DNA of 64,000 bases, from assembly GCA_963666565.1 (NCBI GenBank), contig OY762911.1, positions 416,001 to 480,000 on the forward strand, in the 5' to 3' direction. This document shows positions 42,553 to 51,845 of this stretch, piece by piece. Positions within the stretch are counted from its first letter, which is position 1, and every line of letters begins with the position of its first letter. The notes under the pieces were generated by a model that saw nothing but the letters and a program-made list of their open reading frames with translations, was not told where the DNA came from and did not search any database. This DNA is from Thermoanaerobaculia bacterium. GTDB taxonomy: Bacteria; Acidobacteriota; Thermoanaerobaculia; Multivoradales; Multivoraceae. The translations under genes and the position numbers were made by a program.

Positions 42553-44457
42553 GTGGACGACCCCCGCGCGATCTGCGAGCGCCGCGCCGGGCAGCGCGAC
42601 GCGGAATTGCGGCGGGCGCGGCGAATCGAGAAGGCGATCTCCTGGTCGCGGCTGGCCGCCGTGCTGCTGGCGGCGGTCCTGGCCTGGCTCTCGATCCAGG
42701 AGAGGCTGCTCCCCCTGCCGGTGGCCGGTGCACCGGCGCTGGTGTTCGTGGCGCTGGTCGTCCTCCACGAGCGGGTCGTTCGCCGGGTGGCGCTCCTCAA
42801 GCGGCGCCGGACCTTCTACCGGCAGTCGCTCGCCCGGCTGGACGGCGACTGGCGGCGGGGCGGGCACGAGGGTTCGCGCATCGCCGCCGAACACGCCGAG
42901 CACCTCTACGCCGGGGACCTCGACCTGTTCGGCCCCGATTCCCTGTTCCAGATGCTGAGCCGCTCGCGCACCCGCGGCGGCGACGAGCTCCTGTCTGCCT
43001 GGCTGCTCGAGCCGGCGCCGCCCGACGTGGTGCGGAGACGGCAGGACGCCGTGAAGGAGTTGGCGCCGGGGGTCGACTTCCGCGAGCGTCTCGCCGTTCG
43101 GGGAGTTGCCGCGCGCAGCGAACTCGATCCGGCCGCGCTGGCCGGCTGGGCGGAGCGCGACGCCTCCGGCGCCCTGCCCGGCGGCGACCGGGGCAGGGCG
43201 CTGGCGAGGACCCTGCTGGCGCTGGCCGCCGCCGTCAACGTGATCACGCTGGCCGGCTGGCTGTCCTGGGGCTGGGGACCGTCGCCCTTCCTGGGCGCGG
43301 CGGTGCTGGAGATCCTCTGGAGTCTCTCTGTCCGCCGGCGACTGGCGGCCGCCGTCGCCGGCGTGACCCGCGCGAGCAGGGACCTGAACCTCGTCGCCGT
43401 CCTGCTGGACATCGTCGAGCGGGAGCGCTTCGAGAGCCCTCTTCTGGCCGAACTGTCGGCGGAACTGAGGAACGGGGACGGAACCACGGCCTCCGCCAGT
43501 GCCAGGCGGCTGCGCCGGCTCGTCGACCTGCTCGACTCGATGCGCAACGCCTTCTTCGTCCCGTTCGGACTGCTGCTGCTCTGGACGCCGCAGGTCGCCT
43601 GGGCGATCGACTCCTGGCGGCGGCGCCACGGCGACCGGATCGGGTCGTGGCTGCGCGTCGTCGCCGAGGTCGAAGCCCTGGCCAGCCTCGCGTCCTACGC
43701 CTTCGAACACCCGAAGCACGTCTTCCCGGCGGTCGTGGCGCCGGAGGACGAGCGGCCTTCGCTGCTCGTCGGGCGAGGTCTCGGACATCCCCTGCTGCCG
43801 GAAGCCGAATGCGTAGCGAACGACGTCGTCCTCTCGGCCCGTCCGGCGAACGCGGAACGAGGCGGCACGGCGCCCGGCGCCGAGCCGCTCGACGGCGGCG
43901 GCGCCCCGGGAACGCCGCCCCAGGCGCTCATCGTCAGCGGCTCGAACATGTCCGGCAAGAGCACCCTGCTGAGAACCGTCGGCGCGAACGTCGTCCTGGC
44001 CCTCGCCGGCGCCCCGGTGCGCGCGCAGTCGCTGCGGCTCGTGCCGCTCGCCATCGGTTCCTCGATCCAGCTTCGCGACTCTCTCGCCGCGGGCCAGTCC
44101 CGCTTCTACGCCGAGATCGTGAAGCTCAAGTCCGTACTCGATCTGACCGGCCGCGGGACGTCCGTGCTGTTCCTCCTCGACGAGATCCTTCACGGCACGA
44201 ACTCCCACGACCGGAGAGTCGGCGCCGAGGCCCTGATCCGCGGCCTGCTGGATCGCGGCGCGATCGGCCTCGTGACCACCCACGACCTGGCCCTGGCGAA
44301 GATCGCCGGCGCCTCTACACCGTCCCGGCTCCGCAACGTCCACTTCCAGGACCGGCTGGAGGACGGCCGGATCCGCTTCGACTACCGGCTGCGCGACGGC
44401 ACCGTCACCCGCAGCAACGCCCTCGACCTGATGCGCCAAGTCGGCCTGGACGTGTAG
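42553..44457 (+). CDS. MutS domain V ATPase with N-terminal transmembrane helices
   Basis: Hydrophobic helices in the N-terminal half, GHPLL, SGSNMSGKSTLLR, SRFYAE, LLDEILHGTNS.DR, TTHDL. Confidence 0.85.
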   Translation: MDDPRAICERRAGQRDAELRRARRIEKAISWSRLAAVLLAAVLAWLSIQERLLPLPVAGAPALVFVALVVLHERVVRRVALLKRRRTFYRQSLARLDGDWRRGGHEGSRIAAEHAEHLYAGDLDLFGPDSLFQMLSRSRTRGGDELLSAWLLEPAPPDVVRRRQDAVKELAPGVDFRERLAVRGVAARSELDPAALAGWAERDASGALPGGDRGRALARTLLALAAAVNVITLAGWLSWGWGPSPFLGAAVLEILWSLSVRRRLAAAVAGVTRASRDLNLVAVLLDIVERERFESPLLAELSAELRNGDGTTASASARRLRRLVDLLDSMRNAFFVPFGLLLLWTPQVAWAIDSWRRRHGDRIGSWLRVVAEVEALASLASYAFEHPKHVFPAVVAPEDERPSLLVGRGLGHPLLPEAECVANDVVLSARPANAERGGTAPGAEPLDGGGAPGTPPQALIVSGSNMSGKSTLLRTVGANVVLALAGAPVRAQSLRLVPLAIGSSIQLRDSLAAGQSRFYAEIVKLKSVLDLTGRGTSVLFLLDEILHGTNSHDRRVGAEALIRGLLDRGAIGLVTTHDLALAKIAGASTPSRLRNVHFQDRLEDGRIRFDYRLRDGTVTRSNALDLMRQVGLDV

Positions 44458-44597
44458 GATCGGGGCCGGCGCGGGCTTTGTCCCGCTGGTCCCGGCGTCA
44501 GTACCGCACTGCAGTGCAGGGCGGAAGGCCGGAGGATGGCAGTCTTGAGTCCACGGAATCCTCAACTCCTCGGTCTTCGTGTAGAATCGACGGTCCA

Positions 44598-45608
44598 ATG
44601 ACCGCGACGGTTCTTCCCTTCCACTCGTCGCCCAAGCCGGCGTTCATCCCGGAGAGCGTTCCCGCTCCCGAGCCGGAGACGTACGTGGTGGATTCCGCCG
44701 AGGACTTCGAGACGCTGAGGGATCGCGCTCGGGAGTTCGTCGCCAGAGGTTCATACCGGGAAGCGGCCACGGTCTACCAGCGAGCCGTCGAGGTAGCGAC
44801 CGCGGCCGGAGAGACCGACCTCGCCGACGAAGCCCTCTGCGGTTGGGGCGCGGCGGAAACGGAACTCGGCAACGGCGCCGAGGTGATGCCGGAGCTCCGG
44901 CGGATCCTGCTTGGCAGTCCGGTCGACCACAACTGCTGCCTGGCCGCTTACACGCTGGCACGCGCCCACGAGCTGGAAGGTCAGGTCAAGAAGGCGCTGT
45001 TCTATGCCCGGCTGTTCCGCGACCGCGCGGAGTACGTCGAGCGTGGAGGGCTCCCCGGTTTGGCGCAGAACCTCCTGGGCAACCTCCTGGTGGCCGAGGG
45101 CAGGGAAGACGAGGCTGCGGTTTGCTATCGAGCGGCGCTTCGCCGCGCTGAGGACGCACCTTCCACGTGGAGGGCCGGCGCCGAGACGAATCTGGGCTAC
45201 TGCCTGCTCGTCAGCGCAACAACGAGCCGAGGACTTCGCCGCGCCAGAATGCGAGAAGGGCTGCGATTGATCTACCGGAGCATTCGGACGTTCCGGCGCG
45301 AAGGTGCGCTCCAGTACAGCATGCTTCCGCACCTCGACCTGTGCTTCGCCCATCTGGAGTTGAAACGTCCCACCTCCGCACGGCGGCACGGACGACGCGC
45401 ACTCGCACTCGCAAAGCGCTACGAGGATCTCGCGACACTCAAGAACGCGCTCTACCTGCTCGGCCATGCGGCACTGCTGGAAGGAGATACGGAAGCAGCG
45501 CGTCAGTGCTTCGACGAACTCGGAGAGCGTTTCTACCCCCATCAAGCCGGTTTGGCCGACCTGCTGATGTCGGTCGACTTCCGTCAAGTGGTGAACCTGA
45601 GAGCATGA
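44598..45608 (+). CDS. Cytoplasmic TPR-like alpha-helical protein (336 aa), function unknown
   Basis: TPR-like units (YREAATVYQRAVE, AAYTLARAHELEG..KKAL.Y, AQNLLGNLLV..G..DEA...YRAAL, NLGYC, NALYLLG). No signal peptide. TAGAAT lies 10 nt upstream of the ATG. Confidence 0.75.
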   Translation: MTATVLPFHSSPKPAFIPESVPAPEPETYVVDSAEDFETLRDRAREFVARGSYREAATVYQRAVEVATAAGETDLADEALCGWGAAETELGNGAEVMPELRRILLGSPVDHNCCLAAYTLARAHELEGQVKKALFYARLFRDRAEYVERGGLPGLAQNLLGNLLVAEGREDEAAVCYRAALRRAEDAPSTWRAGAETNLGYCLLVSATTSRGLRRARMREGLRLIYRSIRTFRREGALQYSMLPHLDLCFAHLELKRPTSARRHGRRALALAKRYEDLATLKNALYLLGHAALLEGDTEAARQCFDELGERFYPHQAGLADLLMSVDFRQVVNLRA

Positions 45609-47059
45609 TGAACGGTACGCTCACCAAGTTCCTGAATGGCGTGAAGCCGGCGGGCATCTTCGTCTGGACGACGCTGGCCCTGATGCTCAGCGGCGGTGCA
45701 GTGCACGCCACGGGCAGTGCGCCCGTACTGGGCAAGAGCGGCGACGTCTACCAGATCGCCGTGGGAATCTACAGCGACCTCTTCCCGGGCGGCAGTGAGG
45801 CTTCTGGCGACGCAGAGGTCCTGCGATTGGAGGCTCGGCGCGGTGCCGGCAGGGTCGAGCATTACCTGGTTCCCGGCAGTGAATCGAACGACAGCGACCG
45901 GACGCCGTCCCTCTTCTTCGACGCTTCCACCGGGAAGCTGTACGTGGTGTGGTCGAGCAGCAACACCTCGACTCTGACCCGGATCAACCTCGCCTCCTTC
46001 GACGGTAGCGAGTGGTCCGCGACGATCGAGGTTTCCGGGAACATCTACAGCGAGAAGTCGGCGCCGCGCCTCGCCGTCACCCACGATCGCTTTGAACTGG
46101 CCGGAGAGACTACCGGCGAGTCGAGTACCCGGACAGTCCTCCATGTGGTCTGGTCGGAAGGCACAGGCGGCGAGAAGGTCATGTACGCACCAGTCGTGTT
46201 GATCGACGGCGAGCTCGCCTCCACCTGGCGCCGCGTTCACACGCTGAACCACTACGTATCGCAGCAACTGGTCGACGATCCGCACCACGGCCAGGTAGCG
46301 ACGAAGTTGCTCTCCGCTCCCACAGTTGACGCGGGCAGTGAACCGAACGCCGTGGTCATCGGTTTCGCAGACGGCGACACCGGAGCCCTCGTCCAACTGG
46401 AGCTTTCGACGCCGGCCACCGAGCTTTCCGAACTCGCTGACAGCGTGGCAGACCATCTCGAATCGTCCGATCTCTGTAAACGGATCGCGGACGACGAGTC
46501 GGCTGCGCTGACGAGCGTTGCCGAAGCCGCACGAGTTCACATCGTGCTCGTGGGGCGTCGAATCCGCAGTCGGGTGCTCAGCCCGCTTGCCGAAGACGTC
46601 AAGAACGTACTAGTCCGCCGAGGCGCTGCTCTCTGCGCTGACGGCGGACTGATGAGCGTTTCGAGTGCCGCCAGAGTCCACATCGTGCTCGTAGGCGCCC
46701 GAGCCCAGGAGGGCGAGCTCCTTGAAGGCGCCGCGAACAACGATGCCCACGTCCTCCTCGCCGCCGCCCAGGAAGTCGGAGACGACGTCTACGTCCAGCA
46801 CCTCGCCCGGCTGCAGGTGAAGTCGGAGCGGGTCGCGCCCACTATCGGCCAAGGCGAACCGACGATCTTCGTCTCGCCCAAGGGCGCCGGCGCGGTCGTC
46901 GTCTGGGAGAACGGCAACATCCTGCGCTACGTCGAGACGCTGCCCGGCGACTTCGCCAGCGACGCCTGGAGCAACTCCTACACACTCCAGATCGGCAGCA
47001 CGCTCTCGCGCTCCGAGGCCTATTCGATGCTTCGGGATCGCGCCCGCTCCCTCGAGTAG
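45605..47059 (+). CDS. Secreted hypothetical protein (484 aa) with a duplicated AARVHIVLVG motif
   Basis: ATGA overlap with the TPR gene and a signal-like segment ending AVHA. Beta-rich blades (LYVVWS, LHVVWSE, VVVWE) flank a helical insert carrying the repeat. Confidence 0.75.
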   Translation: MMNGTLTKFLNGVKPAGIFVWTTLALMLSGGAVHATGSAPVLGKSGDVYQIAVGIYSDLFPGGSEASGDAEVLRLEARRGAGRVEHYLVPGSESNDSDRTPSLFFDASTGKLYVVWSSSNTSTLTRINLASFDGSEWSATIEVSGNIYSEKSAPRLAVTHDRFELAGETTGESSTRTVLHVVWSEGTGGEKVMYAPVVLIDGELASTWRRVHTLNHYVSQQLVDDPHHGQVATKLLSAPTVDAGSEPNAVVIGFADGDTGALVQLELSTPATELSELADSVADHLESSDLCKRIADDESAALTSVAEAARVHIVLVGRRIRSRVLSPLAEDVKNVLVRRGAALCADGGLMSVSSAARVHIVLVGARAQEGELLEGAANNDAHVLLAAAQEVGDDVYVQHLARLQVKSERVAPTIGQGEPTIFVSPKGAGAVVVWENGNILRYVETLPGDFASDAWSNSYTLQIGSTLSRSEAYSMLRDRARSLE

Positions 47060-47149
47060 GGTCGAGCACGTCACGTACTCTCCGTCGAATCGGTGCCGGC
47101 CTGGCGGCCGGCGCGTTTCCCGGCAGCAACTGGCCGATGACGACGTCCA

Positions 47150-47321
47150 GCCTGCCGGGGCCAGCGAAGGGGCGCCCGGCGGGCTGGAGGCAAGCGCCGC
47201 CTGACGCCGCCACGCCAACCGACGCCGACGTGGAGCGCAGCCGACCGAAGCGAGCGCGGCTTACCCTTCACCAAGAGAGCGCGAGCGGCCGCTGGGCGCC
47301 CCTTCCCTGGCCCCGGCAGGC
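47150..47321 (+). repeat. ~170-bp structured element, copy 2
   Basis: Arms GCCTGCCGGGGCCAGCGAAGGGGCGCCCGGCGG and CCGCTGGGCGCCCCTTCCCTGGCCCCGGCAGGC. Interior motifs are shared with the reverse complement of 27312-27469. Confidence 0.78.
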
Positions 47322-47362
47322 GGGTGAGTCCGGGATGCCGCCGAAGACGGACGCGGCTCGGG

Positions 47363-48658
47363 CTACGGACCCAGCCGGACGGCGCGGTCCGATCCGCCGA
47401 GGAGTTCGTGCCGCAAGGCGTCCCGGCGTTCGAAGAACGCCGGCAGCAAGTCCTCCGCCAGCGGCGGCACGGGCTCGCTCACCAGGGCCGCCGGGTTGAT
47501 CCAGCGGCCGTTCCGCTGTACCCGATAGTCGAGGTGAGGTCCCGTCGAAAGACCGCTGGAGCCCACGTAACCGACGACCTGCCCCTGAGCGACCCGCGCT
47601 CCCGCGTGGATGCCCTGCGCGTAGCCTGAGAGGTGCAGGTACGCCGTCAGATAGCCGTTGGCGTGGCGCAACCGGACCGTCCGTCCGCCGCCGCCTCGCA
47701 CGCCCGCCGAAACGACCGTGCCGTCCGCGGTCGCCCGCACCGGGGTTCCGACCGGCGCGCCGTAGTCGACGCCGTAGTGCGGCATCCGCCGCTTCAGGAT
47801 CGGGTGGAAGCGACTCAGCGAGAAGCGGGACGTGACTCTCGAGTACGGCAGCGGCGAACGCAGGAACTGCCGCTGCAGAGGTTGACCGTCGCCGTCGTAG
47901 TACCGGTTCGAGCCCGTCTGGCCGCCGTCCTCGCCCTGGAATCCGTAGGCCTCGAGCCAGCGCTCCCGGTTCCGGTAGCGGAGCGCGTGGACCCGAGCCG
48001 CGCCCTGCGTCCGGCCGTCCAGCAGGAGTTCGTCGAACAGGATCTCGAAGCGGTCGCCGACCCGCAGGTCCCGATTGAAGTCGAGGTCCCACTGCAGCAC
48101 CCTCGCCATGCTGCCGGCCAGGTTCGCAGGCCCGCCGGCTCGGCGAAGCGAGGTCTCCAGGGCGCCCCGCAGCTCGCCGCGGACGAGGCGGCGAACGTGA
48201 GTGCGCCGGTAGGGACGGTAGCGGCTCGTCCAGACCCCGCGATTCCGGTCCGCCAGGACGACGCCCTGGCCGCGGCGCGGCAGCACGATGCCGACGAGTC
48301 CCTCGTCCCGGCGAACCATCGAGTAGACGAACTCCCGAGCGCGCAGCTTCCGGGGGTCCAGGACCTCGCTGACCGCCGTGCTGGCCCGGTGGAGTTCGGC
48401 CGCCGGAACGCCGGCCCGGAGCAGGACCTCGTCGAGGGTGTCGCCCCTCCGAATCTCGCGCTCCAGCGGGAACGGCGCGCGGTCCAACGCCGCCGGGTCC
48501 AACGCCGAGGCCGAATCGTCCTCGACCGCGCCGCCCGGGGCCGCGGCGTCCAACCTGATGGGGGACGGCGCGGGACGCACCGCGAGCCAGCCCAGGACGA
48601 GCGCCAGAGCGACGCTCGAGAGAACCGCGGCCCAGCGCCCACGTTGTTCAGTACGCAC
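47363..48658 (-). CDS. M23 family peptidoglycan endopeptidase (MepM-like)
   Basis: N-terminal TM, DFNRDLRVGD, RFHPILK..MPHYGVDYGAP.GTPV (HxxxD), YLHLS, STGPHLDY. Confidence 0.9.
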   Translation of the reverse strand: MRTEQRGRWAAVLSSVALALVLGWLAVRPAPSPIRLDAAAPGGAVEDDSASALDPAALDRAPFPLEREIRRGDTLDEVLLRAGVPAAELHRASTAVSEVLDPRKLRAREFVYSMVRRDEGLVGIVLPRRGQGVVLADRNRGVWTSRYRPYRRTHVRRLVRGELRGALETSLRRAGGPANLAGSMARVLQWDLDFNRDLRVGDRFEILFDELLLDGRTQGAARVHALRYRNRERWLEAYGFQGEDGGQTGSNRYYDGDGQPLQRQFLRSPLPYSRVTSRFSLSRFHPILKRRMPHYGVDYGAPVGTPVRATADGTVVSAGVRGGGGRTVRLRHANGYLTAYLHLSGYAQGIHAGARVAQGQVVGYVGSSGLSTGPHLDYRVQRNGRWINPAALVSEPVPPLAEDLLPAFFERRDALRHELLGGSDRAVRLGP

Positions 48659-48778
48659 GATTCAGGAACCTGCCGGGCCGGAGCCCGGAAGCCCTATTCT
48701 GCCATGCTGGGCCCGGTCTGGCACGAGCTTGCAGTTGTCGTCGGCGCTTCGCGGCGCGGTCTCCTGGCCGCCTCCCGC

Positions 48779-48806
48779 GGCAGCGGGTCGTAAGACCCGC
48801 GCACCC
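48779..48806 (+). repeat. REP-like palindromic repeat, single copy
   Basis: GGCAGCGGGTCGTAAGACCCGCGCACCC. Confidence 0.75.
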
Positions 48807-48878
48807 GGAGCCGCGGAGTCTGAAGCGCGCGTCTCTCGAACCGCCCCGAGCCCAGGCACCGGGCGGCGCGCTGCGCCC

Positions 48879-49499
48879 TCAGGCCGCGTCCTGCTGCCTC
48901 GACCGCATCTTCCTGGGCATGCCGGAGCGGATGTAGCCATGCTCGCGGGCGTACCTCAGGAGGACGGCCTCCAGCTTGCGCCTGCCCCGGTAGAGCCGGC
49001 TCATGACGGTCCCCAGGGGAATGCCGAGCCGATCCGCGATCTCGCGGTAGGACAGTCCCTGCAGGTCGGCCAGCTCGACCGCCGTCCGGTAGTCCTCGGG
49101 AAGCGCCTCGAGAGCCTGCTGAACGTCCTGGTCGAGAGCGCCGATCATCAGTTCTTCCTCCGGGGTGGCGCCGCGCGCGGTCAACGGGGACTCGAGGAGC
49201 TTCGACTCGAAGGCTCCCTCGATCTCGTCGAACGAGTTCTTGAGCGGCTGGCGCTGGCGCTTCCGGTAGCGATTGATGAACGTGTTCTTGAGGATCTTGA
49301 AGAGCCAGGCCTTGAAGTTCGTCCCTTCCTGGAACTTGTCGTAGTACTTGTACGCCCGCAGGTAGGTCTCCTGCAGGAGATCCTCGGCGTCCTGCCGGTT
49401 GCGGGACATCCGGTAGGCCGTGCTGTAGAGACTGTCCATGAAGGGCAGCACCTCGGCCTCGAAGTTCCAGCGGCCGTTGTGATCGGCTATGGCGCTCAT
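48879..49499 (-). CDS. ECF RNA polymerase sigma factor (SigH/SigR-like)
   Basis: [53 protein letters not shown]...[13 protein letters not shown]. Confidence 0.92.
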   Translation of the reverse strand: MSAIADHNGRWNFEAEVLPFMDSLYSTAYRMSRNRQDAEDLLQETYLRAYKYYDKFQEGTNFKAWLFKILKNTFINRYRKRQRQPLKNSFDEIEGAFESKLLESPLTARGATPEEELMIGALDQDVQQALEALPEDYRTAVELADLQGLSYREIADRLGIPLGTVMSRLYRGRRKLEAVLLRYAREHGYIRSGMPRKMRSRQQDAA

Positions 49500-49555
49500 G
49501 CGGTTTGCCTCCCCCGTCGCTGTAGTGGATCGCGACGCCTTGCGCGGGAGAAGTC

Positions 49556-49572
49556 AGCACATTCGGTGCCAA
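49556..49572 (-). promoter_or_regulatory. Putative sigma54 (-24/-12) promoter for the ECF sigma gene
   Basis: Minus strand reads TTGGCACCGAATGTGCT with correct GG-N10-GC spacing, 57 nt upstream of the ATG. Confidence 0.55.
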
Positions 49573-49908
49573 GTACCGCAGTCGGGACGGCAGAACCGTC
49601 ATCTCGTTGTCAGAGCACGGTTCTCGGCCCGACGCAGCCAGCATTGAGGCGAGCGCCGACGCTTACGCGGCGCTCCGTCAAGCGCCAAAATGGCCGGCGC
49701 GCGCCACGCGGGACGCGCAAGCCAGCCGAGTCAGCGCCGCGCAGACGCGGCGTTGGCTTTGCATGGAAACTGGCCGCCAGAACGGAGCCAGCCTGCCGGC
49801 CGGCGCGAGTCCTTGGCCGCCTGCGGCGGCAGCCGGCGGGGACGCCGGCGCATCCAGTATGCGGCCAGTTCCCTGCGCGACAGCGCAGCCTGACGGCTGC
49901 GAATACTC

Positions 49909-50229
49909 CTAGACGAAGCCGGCGCCGCGAAGCGCGATGACCAGGGCGTAGATGACGACCGACTCCATGAACGCCAGACCGATCAGCAGCATGATCTGGA
50001 TGCGGCCGCCGGCGCCGGGATTCCGCGCCAGACCCGCGCAGGCCTCGCCGGTCGCGCGGCCCTGGCCGATTGCGCCGCCCGCCGCGGCGATACCGATGCC
50101 CACGGCGGCGCCCAGCAGGCCGAGATTGGCGCCGCCGCCGTCGCCTTCTGCGCCGTCCTGAGCCAGGGCCGGAGCGGCAAACAGGGTGAGCAGCACGGCC
50201 ACGAGAAGGACGAGCTTTGACTTCTTCAT
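49909..50229 (-). CDS. atpE: F0 ATP synthase subunit c, with a signal-peptide-like N-terminal extension
   Basis: GIGIAAAGGAIGQG, ARNP loop, GLAFMESVVIYALVIA. Confidence 0.93.
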   Translation of the reverse strand: MKKSKLVLLVAVLLTLFAAPALAQDGAEGDGGGANLGLLGAAVGIGIAAAGGAIGQGRATGEACAGLARNPGAGGRIQIMLLIGLAFMESVVIYALVIALRGAGFV

Positions 50230-50245
50230 TTCCTGAGAGTCCCTT

Positions 50246-50968
50246 TCAGTGTGCCGACGCCTCAGCCTCGGCGATGTAAACGGTGGTCAACATGATGAAG
50301 ATGAAGGTCTGCAGCGTCGCGGCCAGGAGGCCGAGCGCCATGATCGGCAACGGCAGTGCAAGGGGAACCAGACTGAAGATGGCGGCCGCGGCGAGGTGTT
50401 CGCCGAAGACGTTCCCGAACAGCCGCATGCCGAGCGAGAGCACGCGAGCTGCGTGACTGATGATCTCGAGCGGGATGAACAGCGGAGCAAGCCACAGGAC
50501 CGGACCAACGAAGTGCGCGAAGTAACGCAGGCCGTGCCGGCGCAGGCCGAACAGGTGGTACAGCACCCATGCCGTAATGGAGAGGGCGAACGTGACGTTG
50601 ACGTTCTGGGTCGGGGGCAGCAGGAAGAAGATGGACCCCGACAGGTTGCTGACGAAGATGAAGAAGGCGAACGAGGCGATCAGGGGCAGATGTCGCGAGC
50701 CGCCCTCGCCGATCGTCTCCTCGAGGAGGTTTCGCATCCAGTCGAGGACAATCTCGACGACCTGTTGCACCTTGCCTGGGTCGTCCCGATTCAGTCCGTT
50801 CGACACGACCGCCCCCAGCGTCGTCACGACGCCGAAGACGAACAGCGCCATGACGACGTGGTCCGGCACTTCGGGGGGAAGGCTATCTTCGGCGCCCGTC
50901 AGGCCGACGCCGGCCTTCCAGACCGCGTTCACGGGCTCGTAGAAGATGGAGTGTTCGCCGGCAGCCAT
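50246..50968 (-). CDS. atpB: F0 ATP synthase subunit a
   Basis: FFIFVSNL, PPTQNVNVT, PLEIISH.ARVLSLGMRLFGNVFGEH, LQTFIFIMLT.VY. Confidence 0.93.
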   Translation of the reverse strand: MAAGEHSIFYEPVNAVWKAGVGLTGAEDSLPPEVPDHVVMALFVFGVVTTLGAVVSNGLNRDDPGKVQQVVEIVLDWMRNLLEETIGEGGSRHLPLIASFAFFIFVSNLSGSIFFLLPPTQNVNVTFALSITAWVLYHLFGLRRHGLRYFAHFVGPVLWLAPLFIPLEIISHAARVLSLGMRLFGNVFGEHLAAAAIFSLVPLALPLPIMALGLLAATLQTFIFIMLTTVYIAEAEASAH

Positions 50969-51090
50969 GACAGTCGGAGACGTTCGGACGTGAAGGGACG
51001 GTGACCGTTGCTGAGACGGGAGAGTCGGGCGTGGTGGGGATTACGCGGTATCGAATCGAAGTGCCGGTCGAACTGGAGTCGATACGGGAG

Positions 51091-51522
51091 CTAGCGAACG
51101 GAACCGAGGCGACCCACAAGCTCTGAGACGACCAGCGCGAGGGGCACGACCGAGAATCCCAGGATCAGCGCGATGAACTCCCTTGACCCCACCAGCAGGG
51201 CCGCAACGATGAAAGCGCTCAACAGCGAATAGCGGAGAACCGTGAAGAGAGTGTTCCTGGCGCCGGCACGCCCGTTGGCGTCCGGCTCCAACGCGCGAAC
51301 CTGCATCTCCAGGCCGCGGAAGCTGAAACTACTGACGAGCCCCGCGGCTGTCAAGGCAATTGCGGCGCCCGGACTCCATGCCAGGGCTGCCACGCCTCCC
51401 AGGGTCGTCAGCAGCAGCGACCAGCGAAGAACGCGCTTCGACATCGCGGCCAGTCGGTCGTGCCTTCCGGACGCGCCGCGGAAGCCGAGCAGACGGGCCG
51501 CTTCACGAGCGGCCGAGCTCAT
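51091..51522 (-). CDS. atpI: ATP synthase subunit I-like membrane protein
   Basis: Four hydrophobic helices, directly upstream of atpB. Start uncertain. Confidence 0.65.
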   Translation of the reverse strand: MSSAAREAARLLGFRGASGRHDRLAAMSKRVLRWSLLLTTLGGVAALAWSPGAAIALTAAGLVSSFSFRGLEMQVRALEPDANGRAGARNTLFTVLRYSLLSAFIVAALLVGSREFIALILGFSVVPLALVVSELVGRLGSVR

Positions 51523-51733
51523 CGTTCTCCTCGTCCGCGCTGACGCGCCGGATCGTCTGGTAGGCGTTGTAGAAGCCAGCCGCGACACCGAACAGGAAGC
51601 CGATCATCGCCCCGGTCTTCTCGGCGCCGAACCAGTCTCCGACCGTCTGGCCGGCAAGGAAGCCGAGGACGGAGGCCACCGGGAAGACGAGGCCGATGAC
51701 GGCCACGTCGAGAACACGGACTGGCAGGCGCAT
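51503..51733 (-). CDS. atpZ: AtpZ/AtpI family protein
   Basis: 76 aa, two TM helices, LGFLAG..VGDWFG...IGFLFGVAAGFY. First gene of the atp cluster. Confidence 0.7.
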   Translation of the reverse strand: MRLPVRVLDVAVIGLVFPVASVLGFLAGQTVGDWFGAEKTGAMIGFLFGVAAGFYNAYQTIRRVSADEENDELGRS

Positions 51734-51845
51734 TCGGAGTCCATCCTACGCCAACGAACGCCCGCCGCGGAGCGCCACGGCTTCCGGGGCCGCCTTCCGG
51801 AAGCGGACGTGGGCGCCGGCGCTTCCGGTTCCGCGGCACAGGTTC

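Noticed and set aside
48718-48733. Sigma54-like motif CTGGCACGAGCTTGCA on the plus strand
   Set aside because: The GG-to-GC spacing is 9 rather than 10 nt, and it points antisense to the flanking genes.
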